A stretch of DNA of 41,908 bases. Origin: Caldilineae bacterium (GTDB taxonomy: Bacteria > Chloroflexota > Anaerolineae > DTLA01). Shown here piece after piece: positions 41,791 through 41,908 of this stretch. The stretch lies in the NCBI GenBank assembly GCA_037446815.1, contig JBBIHX010000007.1, positions 1 through 41,908 of the forward strand, written 5' to 3'. Position 1 is the first letter of the stretch; each line of letters opens with the position of its first letter. The notes below the pieces were generated by a model that was not told the origin of the DNA, did no database searches, and saw only the letters and a program-made list of their open reading frames with translations. Made by a program: the position numbers and the translations under genes.

Positions 41791-41908
41791 CGTTCCTCAC
41801 CTCCTTACGTGTTACCGAGGCCCCAGCCTCGCGATGGTCATCGTTCTCTGTGTGCAGATAAGTATACAGGAACGGTGCGCAGGCGCAAATGAGGGTGCGG
41901 GAGCGGCC

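Noticed and set aside
41861-41888. Possible promoter TTGCGC-16-TATACT upstream of the Zn peptidase
   Set aside because: The spacer is suboptimal, the -35 is weak and the site is at the window edge, so support is too low to list as a feature.

Overview
High-GC chromosomal segment whose gene content and architectures (Pro/Thr-linker surface proteins, a YLPLIMR motif, LVIVD/LysM proteins, N-terminally extended RecG) suggest a Chloroflexota, probably Anaerolineae-like, genome; the taxonomy is my inference. Every real gene except rpmB is on the minus strand. No rRNA, tRNA, CRISPR array or transposase was found. The right third (31.3-41.9 kb) is housekeeping: Zn peptidase, rlmN, rpe, rpmB, Asp23, fakA, two degV/fakB, recG, coaD and a coiled-coil gene. 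The centre holds what looks like a complete regulatory cascade. A near-consensus sigma70 promoter embedded in a phased array of TGCGCR-N4-YGCGCA palindromes drives deoR-rpoN-histidine kinase-sigma54 activator. A terminator follows, then a correctly spaced sigma54 promoter (TGGCATAGAACTTGCA) heading a tightly packed unit: 2-TM protein, 2209-aa NACHT/STAND-TPR protein with no effector domain, TPR-C25 (caspase-fold) protease, clan GH-A hydrolase, PGRP-type amidase lipoprotein and a stand-alone ftsZ. Further downstream are a LysM-barrel protein and a barrel-SpoIID fusion that have each lost both catalytic glutamates, an unannotated 38-aa Zn-ribbon ORF, a tiny sortase-signal protein, a 3xLysM lipoprotein, a phosphohexomutase and a large partial LVIVD surface protein. 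Several REP-like palindromes lie in intergenic gaps. All domain calls come from motif reading by eye, not database searches.
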